Shown here one piece after another: positions 54,666 through 64,000 of a stretch of DNA of 64,000 nt; within the stretch, counting starts at the first letter, position 1, and each line of letters begins with the position of its first letter. The DNA lies in NCBI GenBank assembly GCA_963708025.1, contig CAVPSB010000013.1, positions 352,001 through 416,000 on the forward strand. The letters run 5' to 3'. Below the pieces are notes generated by a model that saw nothing but the letters and a program-made list of their open reading frames with translations, was not told the origin of the DNA and ran no database searches. Position numbers and translations under genes: made by a program. The stretch is from an uncultured Candidatus Rokubacteria bacterium (GTDB taxonomy: Bacteria; Methylomirabilota; Methylomirabilia; Rokubacteriales; DASRDR01).

Positions 54666-56170
54666 CCGCCACCCGGGCGACGGCGTGGCGTCGCTCCTGG
54701 ACGAAGGGGTAGGCGATCACGACGGCGGTCAGCGCGATGAGCACGAGAACCAGAGGGTGGCCGAGCCACGCCAGCCCGTACCGTGCCACCGAGATGAAGA
54801 GGTAGGTCTCGGCGAGACGCCCCAGGACGAAGCCGAGCACCAGCGGGCGGGCGCGGCCAGCCGAAGGACACCATGAAGTAGCCGAGCAGTCCGAAGAGGA
54901 AGGTCACGAGGAGGTCGGCGATCTGGCCGTTCGCCGTGTAGCTCCCGACGAAGACCAGGAGCAGGACGAACGGGATGATGAGGCCTCCCCGGATCCGCGT
55001 GACCCGGGCCAGGTGGTTCAGCACCAGCAGGCACAGGAGGACCGTGATGACGTTGGCGATGACCAGGGTCCACACCATCGAGAACGTGACCGCGAGGTGC
55101 TTGGTCAGCATGTCGGGCCCGGGGACGAGCCCGATGATCATGAACGCGCCGAGGAGGATCGCCATCGCCCCGCTGCCCGGCACGCCGAAGGCGATGGTGG
55201 GGATGAGGTCGCCGCCCTCCTTGGAGTTGTTCGCCGCCCCCGGCCCCAGGACGCCCCGGACGTCGCCCTGGCCGAACCGCGCCCGGTCGGTCGCGTCCCG
55301 CGCGCTCTGCACGGCGTGGGCGTACGCCATCCACTGGGCGACGCCCCCGCCGGCGCCCGGCAGGATGCCGACGACGACCCCGATGGCCGAGCAGCGGGCG
55401 ACGAGCCAGAAGTGGCGGAAGGTGTCCTTGATCCCCTCCAGCACGCCGGCCCGGAGCTTCTCGGCCGGCCGGTCGCCGGCGATGGCGGTGCCCCGGACCG
55501 CGAGGTCGACCAGCTCCGGGATGGCGAAGATGCCGACCAGCACCGGGACCAGGTCGAGGCCGTCCCAGAGGTAGGTGAGGCCCATGTCGAACCGGAGGGC
55601 CCCCGACTGGCGCTCCTGACCGATCGTGGCCAGGAGCAGCCCGAGGAATCCCATCGTGAAGCCGCGGAGCTGGCTCTTCACCCCGAGCCCGCTGAGCGAG
55701 GTGATGCAGGCGATCCCCGCCAGCGAGACCATGAACAGCTCGGGGGAGCCGAAGGTGAGGACCAGGGGGCGGACGATGGGGATCGAGACCGCCAGCGTCA
55801 CCGCGCCGATCACGGCGCCGAGCAGCGAGCTCATCAGCGCCGCCCCCAGCGCCCGCCCCGCCTCGCCCCGCTTGGCCATCGGGTGCCCGTCCACCACGGT
55901 GGCGGCCGAGAGCGCCTCCCCCGGCACGCCGAACAGGATCGAGGTGATGTCGCCCGTCGTCGCTGCCACCGAGTGCATCCCCAGGAGAAAGGCGAGGGCC
56001 TCCACCGGGGTCATCCGGAAGACGAAGGGGATCATCAGGGCCAGCGTGGCGGCGCCCCCGATCCCGGGCAGGAGGCCGACGACGAAGCCGACGCCCATCC
56101 CGACCAGCATCAGGCTGAAGGCCTTCCACTGGAGGACCAGGACGAGGCCGTCGATCAGGGCGTCGAGCAT
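54655..56170 (-). CDS. tctA: TctA family permease; frameshift near 54850
   Basis: VGLLPGIGG, ILFGVPG, DGHPMAKRG, AANNS, LGFVLG. Confidence 0.92.
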
Positions 56171-56174
56171 CCCG

Positions 56175-57056
56175 TCAGCGGGCGGGCCACTTGTCCAGGG
56201 CGGTCGCGATCACGGCCAGGTCCTCGCCGCCGTGGCCGTCGGCCTCGGCGGCGGCGAACAGCCGCTGGGCGAGCGCCGTGAGCGGAAGCGCCGCGCCCGA
56301 CTGCGTGCCGGACTCCAGGATCAGCGCGAGGTCCTTCAGGAAGAGCGTCAGCTTCATCTGGGCGCGGGAACTCCCGCTTGACGATCATCGGACCGCGCAG
56401 CTCGAGCATGCGCGAGGTGCCGGCGCTCGCGGTCAGGATCTCGAGCACCTGACCGGCATCGAGACCGGCCTTGCGGACCAGCTCGAGCGCCTCGGCCGCG
56501 GCCGCCGTGTGGAGGCCGACCAGCAGGTTCGCCGCGAGCTTCACGACCATCGCCTGACCCGCCCGGCCGACGTGGAAGGCGCGCGGGAGGATCGTCTCCA
56601 GTAGCGGCCGCCAGCGCGCGACGACGGCCGCCTCGCCGCCCACCAGGAGGATCCCCTCCCCGCGCGCCACCATGGCGCTGGTGCCGCTGACCGGGCAGTC
56701 GAGGAAGGCGAAGCCGCGGGCCTCCGCCTCGCGGGCCAGGCGCTCGGTGAGGGCGGGCGAGATCGTGCTCATCTGGACCAGCGTCCGGCCGGGCCGGGCA
56801 CCGGCGAGGACCCCCTCCGGGCCGAGGATCGCGGCCTCGACCGCGGCCAGCGACGGCAGGAGGGTGCAGACCGGATCGGCCGCCCCGGCCACCGCGGCGG
56901 CGGAAGGCGCCGCCCGGCCCCCCAGCGCCACCAGGGCGGCGACCCGCTCCGGCAGCACGTCGTGGCCGACCACGCCGTGCCCCGCGGCCCGGAGCCGCGA
57001 GGCGACGGCATGGCCCAGGAGGCCGACCCCGACGACGCCGACGGTGGCGTCGTCAC
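56175..57056 (-). CDS. Beta-hydroxyacid dehydrogenase (MmsB/GarR family); frameshifted
   Basis: VQMSTISP, LDCPVSG, VKLAAN, FLKDL. Confidence 0.88.
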
Positions 57057-57075
57057 TCGCCTACGGCTCCTGGGC

Positions 57076-58319
57076 TCAGCAGTTCTTGCAGGGCGGGTAG
57101 TCGCGCGAGTAGACGGGGTTCTTCAGGTACTCCTCGGCCTTGTAGGGGCCGAACTGGGAGACGTTCGGGAACGTGTGGATGACGGTGTTCTGGAGCCGGC
57201 CGCCCACCTTCTCGACCTTCCGCACGTAGATGTTCTGGATGGGGTTGCCGAAGTCGTCGAAGCGCACCGGCCCGCGGGGAGCGTCGGAGAGGTCGACCTT
57301 GCGGAGCGCCGAGAGGAACCGGTCCACGCTCTCGATGTCGCCCCCCGTCGCCTCCAGCGCCGCCTTCAGGGCACCCATGGCCACGTACGTCCCCTCGGAG
57401 TAGTACGAGGGGACCTGCTTGTACTTGGCCTCGTAGGCCTGGACGAACTTCTTGTTCGCGGGCGTGGTCAGCGCGGCCGAGTAGTGGAGCGCGGTCACGA
57501 CGCCCAGGACCTCGTCGCCCATGGTCCGGAGGACGTGCTCGTCGGTGAAGGTGCCGCCGCCGATCAGCGGGAGCCGGGCCTTGAGCCCGGCGTCGCTGAA
57601 CTGCTTGGCGAACCGGAGGGCGTCGGCCCCCGAGAAGACCGCGTAGATCGCGTCCACGTCCCGCCGGAGCTGCGCCAGGTAGGGCCCGAAGTCGGCCGTC
57701 CCCAGGGGCGGCCAGAGCTTCTGCACCACCTGGCCGCCAGCCTCCTCGAAGGTACGCTGGAAGCCACCCGCCACCTCCCAGCCGAAGGCGAAGTCGTAGC
57801 CGATCATCGCGATCTTCTTGTAGCCGAGGGTGTCGTAGACCCACTTGCCGAAGGGATGGGAGGGCTGGGCGCTCGACCACCCGGTGCGGACGATGTAGGG
57901 GCTCCGCTTGCGCTGGGTGATGTCCTCGGCGGAGACGATCGGGAAGATGGCCGGGACCTTCTTGCCGTCGATGTAGGGAGCGACGGCGTAGCCGACCGCC
58001 GCGGAGAGCGGCCCGGTCAGAGGTGGACCGCCTGCTCCTCCACCAGTCCCCGCGCCTTGGTGAGGCCGGTGGCCGGCTTGCCCTCGTCGTCCTCGATGAT
58101 CAGCTTGATCTCGCGGCCGCCGAGCTTCGAGCCCTGCTCCTCCAGGAAGAGCTGGAGGCCGTTGATCATGTCCTTCCCGTTGGCCGCCAGCCCACCCGTC
58201 GTGGGGACGAGCAGCCCGACCTTGATGGGCCCCTTCTGGGCCCACAGCCCGGGGCTCCCCGCGAGCAGGAGCGCGACCGCAACGAGGGTGACGGCGGCGA
58301 TCACCGAAGCCTTGCGCAT
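57076..58319 (-). CDS. Branched-chain amino acid-type ABC substrate-binding protein; frameshift near 58020
   Basis: PIKVGLLVP, EDDEGKP, DFAFGWE, LGTADFGPYL. Confidence 0.9.
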
Positions 58320-58749
58320 CGGAACCTCCTTGTCGCTACGAGGGGATGACTCGGCCCTCCGAGTTCGCGCTCTGACTCACGCCGGACGCCGGCCGGAATC
58401 GCTCCCGGTCGTCCGGTCCCGACGGCCGGCGGGAGGATTGTAACTGGAACGGGGGCGTCGTGACCACCCCGGGTCCTACGCGGCCGGCGGCGTGTAGGTC
58501 GCCCAGAAGATCGTCTCCGCCAGCCACTCTCGCGCCCGCGCGCGTTTTCTGCTTGACACGGTCTCGGACCTGGAACTCGTCGCGGGCGCGGCCTCGACGT
58601 CAGTCCCGCTCAGCGGGCCGCGCCGGCCTGCGGCCCTGCGCGCCGCCGGGCGCCGAGTCGAAGATCATTCCTGGTCCCCGAGGTGCGATCGAGCAGCCTC
58701 CCAGGGCGGTCGAAAATCGCGTGGTAGGGTGCACGAGAGGAGGCCCGCC

Positions 58750-60093
58750 ATGCACCTCGCCACGACGCTCGCGCCTGCTCCGACAGACCTCGACCGGCTC
58801 GGCGACGAGATCGCCACGCTCTCCGCGCACCTCGACGCCGCCACCGCCCGGCTGCTGATCCTGCTCCGCGAGTTCGACGCGCGGGGCGGCTGGGGGAACG
58901 GCTTTCGCTCCTGCGCGGAGTGGCTGAGCTGGCGCGTGGGGCTCGCCCCGGGGGCGGCGCGGGAGCAGGTCCGGGTCGCGCGGGCACTGGGCGCGCTGCC
59001 CCAGATCGCCGCGGCCCTGGCCCGGGGGGAGCTGTCGTACTCGAAGGTCCGGGCCCTGACGCGGGTCGCGACCTCGGAGACGGAGGCACGCCTCCTGGCG
59101 GTGGGGCGGGCGGGGACGGCGGCCCACGTGGAGCGGATCGTGCGGGCGTGGCGGCGGGTGGACCGGAACATCGAGGCGCGGGAGGCGGCCGCGCGGCACC
59201 GGGGCCGGTCCCTCCAGGTGTACCCGGACGAGGACGGGATGATGGTGGTACGGGGACGGCTGGAGCCCGAGGTGGGGGCGGTGCTGATCCGGGCGCTGGA
59301 GGCGGCGCGCGAGGCGCTGTTCAAGCAGACTCGGACCACGGCGGAGGGGTCGGCCGAGGCGGACCCGCCGACCCAGGGCCAGAAGCAGGCCGACGCCCTG
59401 GCGCTGGTGGCGGAGACGGCCCTCCAGCATGGGCTCGACCCCGGCCCGGGGAGCGAGCGGTACCAGGTCGTGGTCCACGTGGACGCCGCCGCGCTCGCCG
59501 ACCCCGCCCAGCCGGGGCAGTCGGCCCTCGAGGACGGCGTGCACGTTCCCGCGGAAACGTCGCGGCGGCTGGCCTGCGACGCGACCCGGGTGGTGATGCG
59601 CCACGCGGGAGACGGGGAGGTGCTCGACGTCGGGCGGCGGACGCGGACGATCCCGCCGGCGCTGCGGCGGGCGCTCCAGGCGCGGGACCGCGGGTGCCGC
59701 TTCCCGGGCTGCGGGAGGCGCCACGTCCAGGGGCACCACCTCCATCACTGGGCGAACGGCGGCCCGACCCGGCTCGAGAACCTTGCGCTCCTGTGTCGAC
59801 TCCACCACCGGGCGGTGCATGAAGAAGGCTACCAAGTTGCGCGCGACACCGACGGCACGCTGCGCTTCCACACGCCGGGCGGCCGGCCGATTCCCGACGT
59901 CCCGGCGCCGCCGGCGGTGTCGTCCGAGCCGGCGCAAGCCATCGTCGCCGCCAATCGAGCGGGCGGTGTCGCGATCAACGCGCGGACGGGCTGCCCGAGC
60001 TGGCTCGGCGAGCGCCTCGACCTCGGCTGGGCGATCGACATTCTGCACCCCGCAGCCAATCTGGCCGCGCCCCCCTTTCGGCCACTCCCGTGA
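58750..60093 (+). CDS. DUF222 domain protein with C-terminal HNH endonuclease
   Basis: AGGAGG RBS; GFRSCAEWLSWR, RRLACDA, RDRGCRFPGC, HHWANGGPT..NLALLC..HH. Confidence 0.9.
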   Translation: MHLATTLAPAPTDLDRLGDEIATLSAHLDAATARLLILLREFDARGGWGNGFRSCAEWLSWRVGLAPGAAREQVRVARALGALPQIAAALARGELSYSKVRALTRVATSETEARLLAVGRAGTAAHVERIVRAWRRVDRNIEAREAAARHRGRSLQVYPDEDGMMVVRGRLEPEVGAVLIRALEAAREALFKQTRTTAEGSAEADPPTQGQKQADALALVAETALQHGLDPGPGSERYQVVVHVDAAALADPAQPGQSALEDGVHVPAETSRRLACDATRVVMRHAGDGEVLDVGRRTRTIPPALRRALQARDRGCRFPGCGRRHVQGHHLHHWANGGPTRLENLALLCRLHHRAVHEEGYQVARDTDGTLRFHTPGGRPIPDVPAPPAVSSEPAQAIVAANRAGGVAINARTGCPSWLGERLDLGWAIDILHPAANLAAPPFRPLP

Positions 60094-60240
60094 GTAGCCC
60101 GTTTCTCCAAAAGGCGGTTGGGTGCAAGGTCTACTGGCAGCGCCGGCGGGATAGCACGAGGACTTCTTCCTCGATATCTCTAGGGAGCGGCGTGCGAGTC
60201 ATTCAGGTGGCCTGAGGGATGTGCGCTTGGTGTCAGGCGC

Positions 60241-60322
60241 CGTCAACGCCGGCGATGAGGTGCCGCGAGCAGCAGCCCTCGGCGCCGCTGTGAAGCGGGC
60301 AGCTCGATCGCCATGTTAGCCC
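60241..60322 (-). mobile_element. attC site closing the mrr cassette
   Basis: Minus strand GGGCTAAC (contains the mrr stop) at one end, GTTGACG at the other; inner arms GGCGATCGAG / CTCATCGCC with one extra base. Confidence 0.7.
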
Positions 60323-61203
60323 TCGAACTCCTTGAAGAACGCGAGATCGACTTCGTAGGTCTTGACGGCACGGAGGCCGAGTTCGAGCTGTTCAAGCATG
60401 TCGATCAGTTTCTCGCCATCGATCAGCTCAATGGGTGGAACACCATCGCGTGAAGCCTCCCGACGCGCCTCGGCAGTGAACGTGCCCGTTGTGAGAATGA
60501 TGCCCTTATCGGCTCGGCCAGCCATGCCGCCACGAAAATCGCGGACATGAGAAGGCGAGACGGACTTGCTGAAGCGCTTGCATTGGAACAGCACCTTGAA
60601 AGAGACGAGTGGGTTCACGGCAAGGGTTCCGTACCCGTCGATTCCCCCGTCGCCGCTGCGCCCTGTGACCACCACGTGGGTAAATCCCGCCTCGCGCAGC
60701 ACCCGTTGGCAAAGGCGCTCGAATCCGGCGGCTGCCAGCTTGAGTAGGAGGTCTATCACAGCGGTTCTGTAGTCACTCGGCGCTGTGCCGGCGGCTTCGG
60801 CGACGATCTCTTCGGGCTGCCCAGCTTTGCTTGCCTTCGCGCGTCGCTGCTCTTGAAAGATTCGGACCCACTTGAGGAAAATGGCGTGGGCCTGCTGATA
60901 CGTCAGGGTGGTGGCACGACCACGCTCCGTGAGACTCCAGACGCCGCGCTTTGATGAATCGAGCAGACCTTCCCGTACGAGGTAGAATCTGGCCCAGTGA
61001 ACCTGATTGCGGTAGCGAGGCTCGCCGGATGGGAGAAGTTCATTCTGGACGCTGTCCGAAATCTTGAGATCTGTGGCGATACGTTCGACGACCTCGTCTG
61101 GAGTTCCGGACCCCCCAAGGCCCCGGAGCGCATCGAGTAGAGGCCCGAAGTACCGAACGAATTGCGCGCCTTCTTCCGACTTCTTTGGCGATTGCTTGGC
61201 CAT
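60316..61203 (-). CDS. mrr: Mrr family (type IV) restriction endonuclease
   Basis: Mrr_N: YRNQVHWARFYL..GVWSLT; Mrr_cat: FERLC, GRSGDGGIDG, FQCKR, IELIDGEKL; lower GC than flanks. Confidence 0.92.
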   Translation of the reverse strand: MAKQSPKKSEEGAQFVRYFGPLLDALRGLGGSGTPDEVVERIATDLKISDSVQNELLPSGEPRYRNQVHWARFYLVREGLLDSSKRGVWSLTERGRATTLTYQQAHAIFLKWVRIFQEQRRAKASKAGQPEEIVAEAAGTAPSDYRTAVIDLLLKLAAAGFERLCQRVLREAGFTHVVVTGRSGDGGIDGYGTLAVNPLVSFKVLFQCKRFSKSVSPSHVRDFRGGMAGRADKGIILTTGTFTAEARREASRDGVPPIELIDGEKLIDMLEQLELGLRAVKTYEVDLAFFKEFEG

Positions 61204-61222
61204 TTGCCTCCCGGACCGTGGA

Positions 61223-61277
61223 GGGCTAACGATCTCGTATTCAGCGGCGGCCGCGAAGCGACCGTCCGCTGCAATTC
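61223..61277 (-). mobile_element. Truncated attC site (R'' end lost)
   Basis: TTGCAGCGGACGGTCGCTTCGCGGCCGCCGCTGAA palindrome followed by GTTAGCC. Confidence 0.6.
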
Positions 61278-61398
61278 ATCAACGCCTCGCACTCTTCTTT
61301 CGGTGTCATCTGCCGGCTCGCACCACCGCTCAATGAGCGTCCCAAGGCCAGAAAACCCGCCATCACCAGAACTCGATTCCAATGGCTCATATGCATCT

Positions 61399-61455
61399 GC
61401 CTAACGCCGGTATCAGCCGCGGCCGTAGGCCGTCGGCTGCATGCCGCGGTTCGGC
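61399..61455 (-). mobile_element. attC site (57 bp)
   Basis: GCCGAAC...TGCAGCCGACGGCCTACGGCCGCGGCTGA...GTTAGGC. Confidence 0.75.
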
Positions 61456-61503
61456 GCTCCCCGTTGCGGTTACTCTGACGACCGGACGCCGCCCCGTATC
61501 TCC

Positions 61504-62509
61504 TCACTCGATCAGCTGATCCGCTCGCACCAGCACGGACGGCGGCATTGTCAGACCGAGGGCCTTCGCGGTCTTCAGGTTCACCACCAACTCGAACTTT
61601 GTGGGCTGTTCGACGGGCAAGTCGGCGGGCTTCGCGCCCTTGAGGATTTTGTCCACGAACGTGGCCGCCCGCCTGAAGCGCTCAGGAAAGCTCGGCCCAT
61701 ACGCCATGAGCCCGCCTGCCTCAACGGGCTCCCTGAACGAATAGATTGCCGGGAGCCGATATTTGGCGGCCAGAGAGACGATCGCTTCGCGATGCAGAAC
61801 GGTGAAGGCGTCACTCGGGAAGATGAGCGCGCCGATCCCCTCGCGCGCGGCCCGCGCGAAGACCGGTTCGAGCTCACCTGGCTCCCGCACCACGGTCGGC
61901 GGCGAGAGCACTACCCTGAGCGCCCGGGCGGCGCCCTGCATCTCCTTGAGAAACGCGGACGGTTGCTGGCGACTGGCCAGGATCGCGACCCGGTTGAGCG
62001 AGGGAACGGCTTCCTTCAGTAGCTCGACGTATTTCTCGCCTATGCCGGAGGTGCTGAAGGCAAGACCCGTAAAGTTTCCCCCGGGCCGCGCCAGGCTCTG
62101 CACGAAGCCGGACTCGACAGGATCGTCGACGACGACCATGACAACCGGGATCGTCGTCGTCGCTCGGCGGACCGCCTGGTTCTCCCGCAATCCCGTCGCG
62201 ACGATCACGTTCGACGCCCAGGTGCGCCAACTCCGTCGCGAAGCCCTGTACTCGCTCAGACTTACCAGCGGCGAAGCGACGTTCGAACAGGATGTTCTGG
62301 CCCTCCAGCCACCCGAGCGCGCGTAGCCCATCGAAGAATGCCGACCATTGTGGGGGTAATGGACGCGAGGGGTCAGTGCCGGTCGATAGAAGACCGACGC
62401 CTGGTGTTCTCGCCGAGAGCTGCGCGTTGACAAGGCTCAGCGCCCAAGAGAGTAGCGCGAGAACCACCGCGGCACTCGCCGGGCACCGCCAAGAACGCAG
62501 GAAGTCCAA
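61504..62509 (-). CDS. ABC_sub_bind family substrate-binding protein; frameshift near 62225; start uncertain
   Basis: ATTTIPVV, SLARPGGNFTG, GGLMAYG, KILKGAKPADLPVEQPTKFELVVNLKTAKALG. Confidence 0.85.
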
Positions 62510-62602
62510 AGCACCTCTTTCCCCGCCCGGGGTTCCTCTCGCTCGGTCGTGGCACCAGCGTCCCGATGCCGTCGAGCCGGGCGGCGCGACGCGCCCGCCG
62601 GA

Positions 62603-63592
62603 CTACGCCCGGGCCCGCTCCATGAACTGGGGCCGCAGAGCCTGGCTCCAGTCGGGGATGGCGGCGATCTTCTTCTCCTTGAGCAGGCCCTCGGCGGTCT
62701 CCTGGAGGTACGGGCGCAGGTCGGCCGGGAAGCCGGGGTCCACCTCGACGCCGGCGAGCGCCTTGGCGAACGTGTCGCGGCTGATCTTGTAGCCCTTCCC
62801 GGTGTAGAAGCCGTAGATGACGTCGGCCACCTTGGCCGGGTTCTGCTTGAAGTCCCGGCCGGCGTCGAGCCAGGCCCGGAGGTACTCCACCACGACGTCC
62901 GGGTGCTTCTCGACGAACTCGGGGGTGGCGGCCATGAGCACCGGCATCCGGTCGTACTCGTAGAAGTTCACGACGGTGGTCGCGATCCCGTCGGCCTCGG
63001 CGATGGCCACGTAGGGCTCGACGGTGACGAACGCGTCGATGGACTTCGCCGCCGCCGCGGCCACCATCTCGTTCACGTTCAGCTTGATCTCCTGGTAGTC
63101 GCCCTTCTTCAGCCCCGCCCGGGGCGCGATGATGTCCACGAACGTGTTGCCGGTGGAGGAGCCGGCCTGGTTCCCGATCCGCATGCCCCGGAGGTCCGCC
63201 ACCTTCGTCACGCCGAGGTCCTTCCGGGCCATGACCCGCGCCGTCTTCCCGACCTGCTCGATCTGGGCGATGGCCACCAGCTTGCCCTTGTCGTGGCCGA
63301 TGACGAACGACTGGCCGGCGTAGGTCCCGAGGTCCACCTGGCGGGCCACCATCTGCTGCATGGTCAGGTTGCCGGACGGCACCGAGAACTCCTCGGCCTT
63401 CAGTCCCCGCTTCTCCAGGTGGCCCGAGCGGAGGAGGTAGTAGGTGGGCATCCCCCACATGTTGGTCTGGTACCCCTGGCGGATGAGGGGGGCCTGGGCC
63501 CGGGCGCGGCGCGGCGCCAGACCGGCGGCGGCCGCCACCCCGAACCCCGACAGACGGAGCCAGTCGCGTCGCGTCAATGCGCTGGGTGTCAT
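62603..63592 (-). CDS. NMT1/SsuA/TauA-like ABC substrate-binding protein, Tat signal
   Basis: LTRRDWL; VADLRGMRIG, TVEPY, FVEKHPD. Confidence 0.85.
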   Translation of the reverse strand: MTPSALTRRDWLRLSGFGVAAAAGLAPRRARAQAPLIRQGYQTNMWGMPTYYLLRSGHLEKRGLKAEEFSVPSGNLTMQQMVARQVDLGTYAGQSFVIGHDKGKLVAIAQIEQVGKTARVMARKDLGVTKVADLRGMRIGNQAGSSTGNTFVDIIAPRAGLKKGDYQEIKLNVNEMVAAAAAKSIDAFVTVEPYVAIAEADGIATTVVNFYEYDRMPVLMAATPEFVEKHPDVVVEYLRAWLDAGRDFKQNPAKVADVIYGFYTGKGYKISRDTFAKALAGVEVDPGFPADLRPYLQETAEGLLKEKKIAAIPDWSQALRPQFMERARA

Positions 63593-63767
63593 GGTCGTCC
63601 TCCTGCCGCCGCTCGCGACGGCCCAGTCCGCTTCCGGCAGGATTGTATGCCACAAGCGAGCGCGGTGACTACCCTCGTCCGGACCGGGTCCGTCCTCGCT
63701 TCTGTGCTAGATTGGCTTCCGACATGCGCCCCGCCCCGGCTCTCCGGACGCCCCGCGGCCGCCGACG

Positions 63768-64000
63768 ATGACGCGACCGCTGACCGGTGTCCTGGTCGCC
63801 GCGCTCCTGGCGGTGGCGCCGTCGGTCGCCCGGGCCAACGGCGACCCGTCGGGGGGTGGACCGCCGACCGTGTTCGAGCGCTTCGTGCTGTCGGCCTGCT
63901 CCCCTTGCGTGAGGGAGTCATATAACGTCAGCACGCTGCAGACCGCGCCGCTGACCGTGTCGGGCGTCGGGCGGGCGGGGACCGCCGCGGCGACCGGCCG
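63768..64000 (+). CDS. Secreted hypothetical protein, partial (runs off window)
   Basis: MTRPLTGVLVAALLAVAPSVARA signal; frame open to window end. Confidence 0.5.
   Translation, partial: MTRPLTGVLVAALLAVAPSVARANGDPSGGGPPTVFERFVLSACSPCVRESYNVSTLQTAPLTVSGVGRAGTAAATG

Overview
Very GC-rich bacterial chromosomal window. The gene content (many solute-binding proteins, Bug/TctC, ABC_sub_bind, NrfHA, Tat-exported molybdoenzyme) resembles soil Methylomirabilota/Rokubacteria-like genomes; this is inference only. In order: pgm-glgP; a symporter-SBP fusion; nrfHA (CXXCH-type NrfA); an enolase-superfamily gene; a 7-gene cytochrome c oxidase + Rieske/cytochrome b operon; an IorAB-like molybdoenzyme; a decayed RelE/ParE toxin-antitoxin pair; a HEAT-repeat lipoprotein; a long catabolic/transport region (ABC permeases, M24 peptidase, oxidoreductases, an unusual nitrilase, duplicated amidohydrolases, four paralogous SBPs, LVIVD protein, MerR-XRE-cupin regulator); a tripartite tricarboxylate transporter; and an accessory end with a DUF222-HNH gene and integron-type cassettes carrying mrr. 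Best findings: (1) a complete IS110 element whose bridge RNA, target and donor guides, CT core and circle-junction promoter can all be read from the sequence, and which is programmed against a genomic REP-like repeat; (2) a co-oriented intergenic repeat family that ends in a Shine-Dalgarno and appears to create CTG/ATA starts, with 0-2 nested hairpin modules; (3) an attC cassette array with no integrase in the window. Many single-base frameshifts in conserved genes look like long-read assembly errors.
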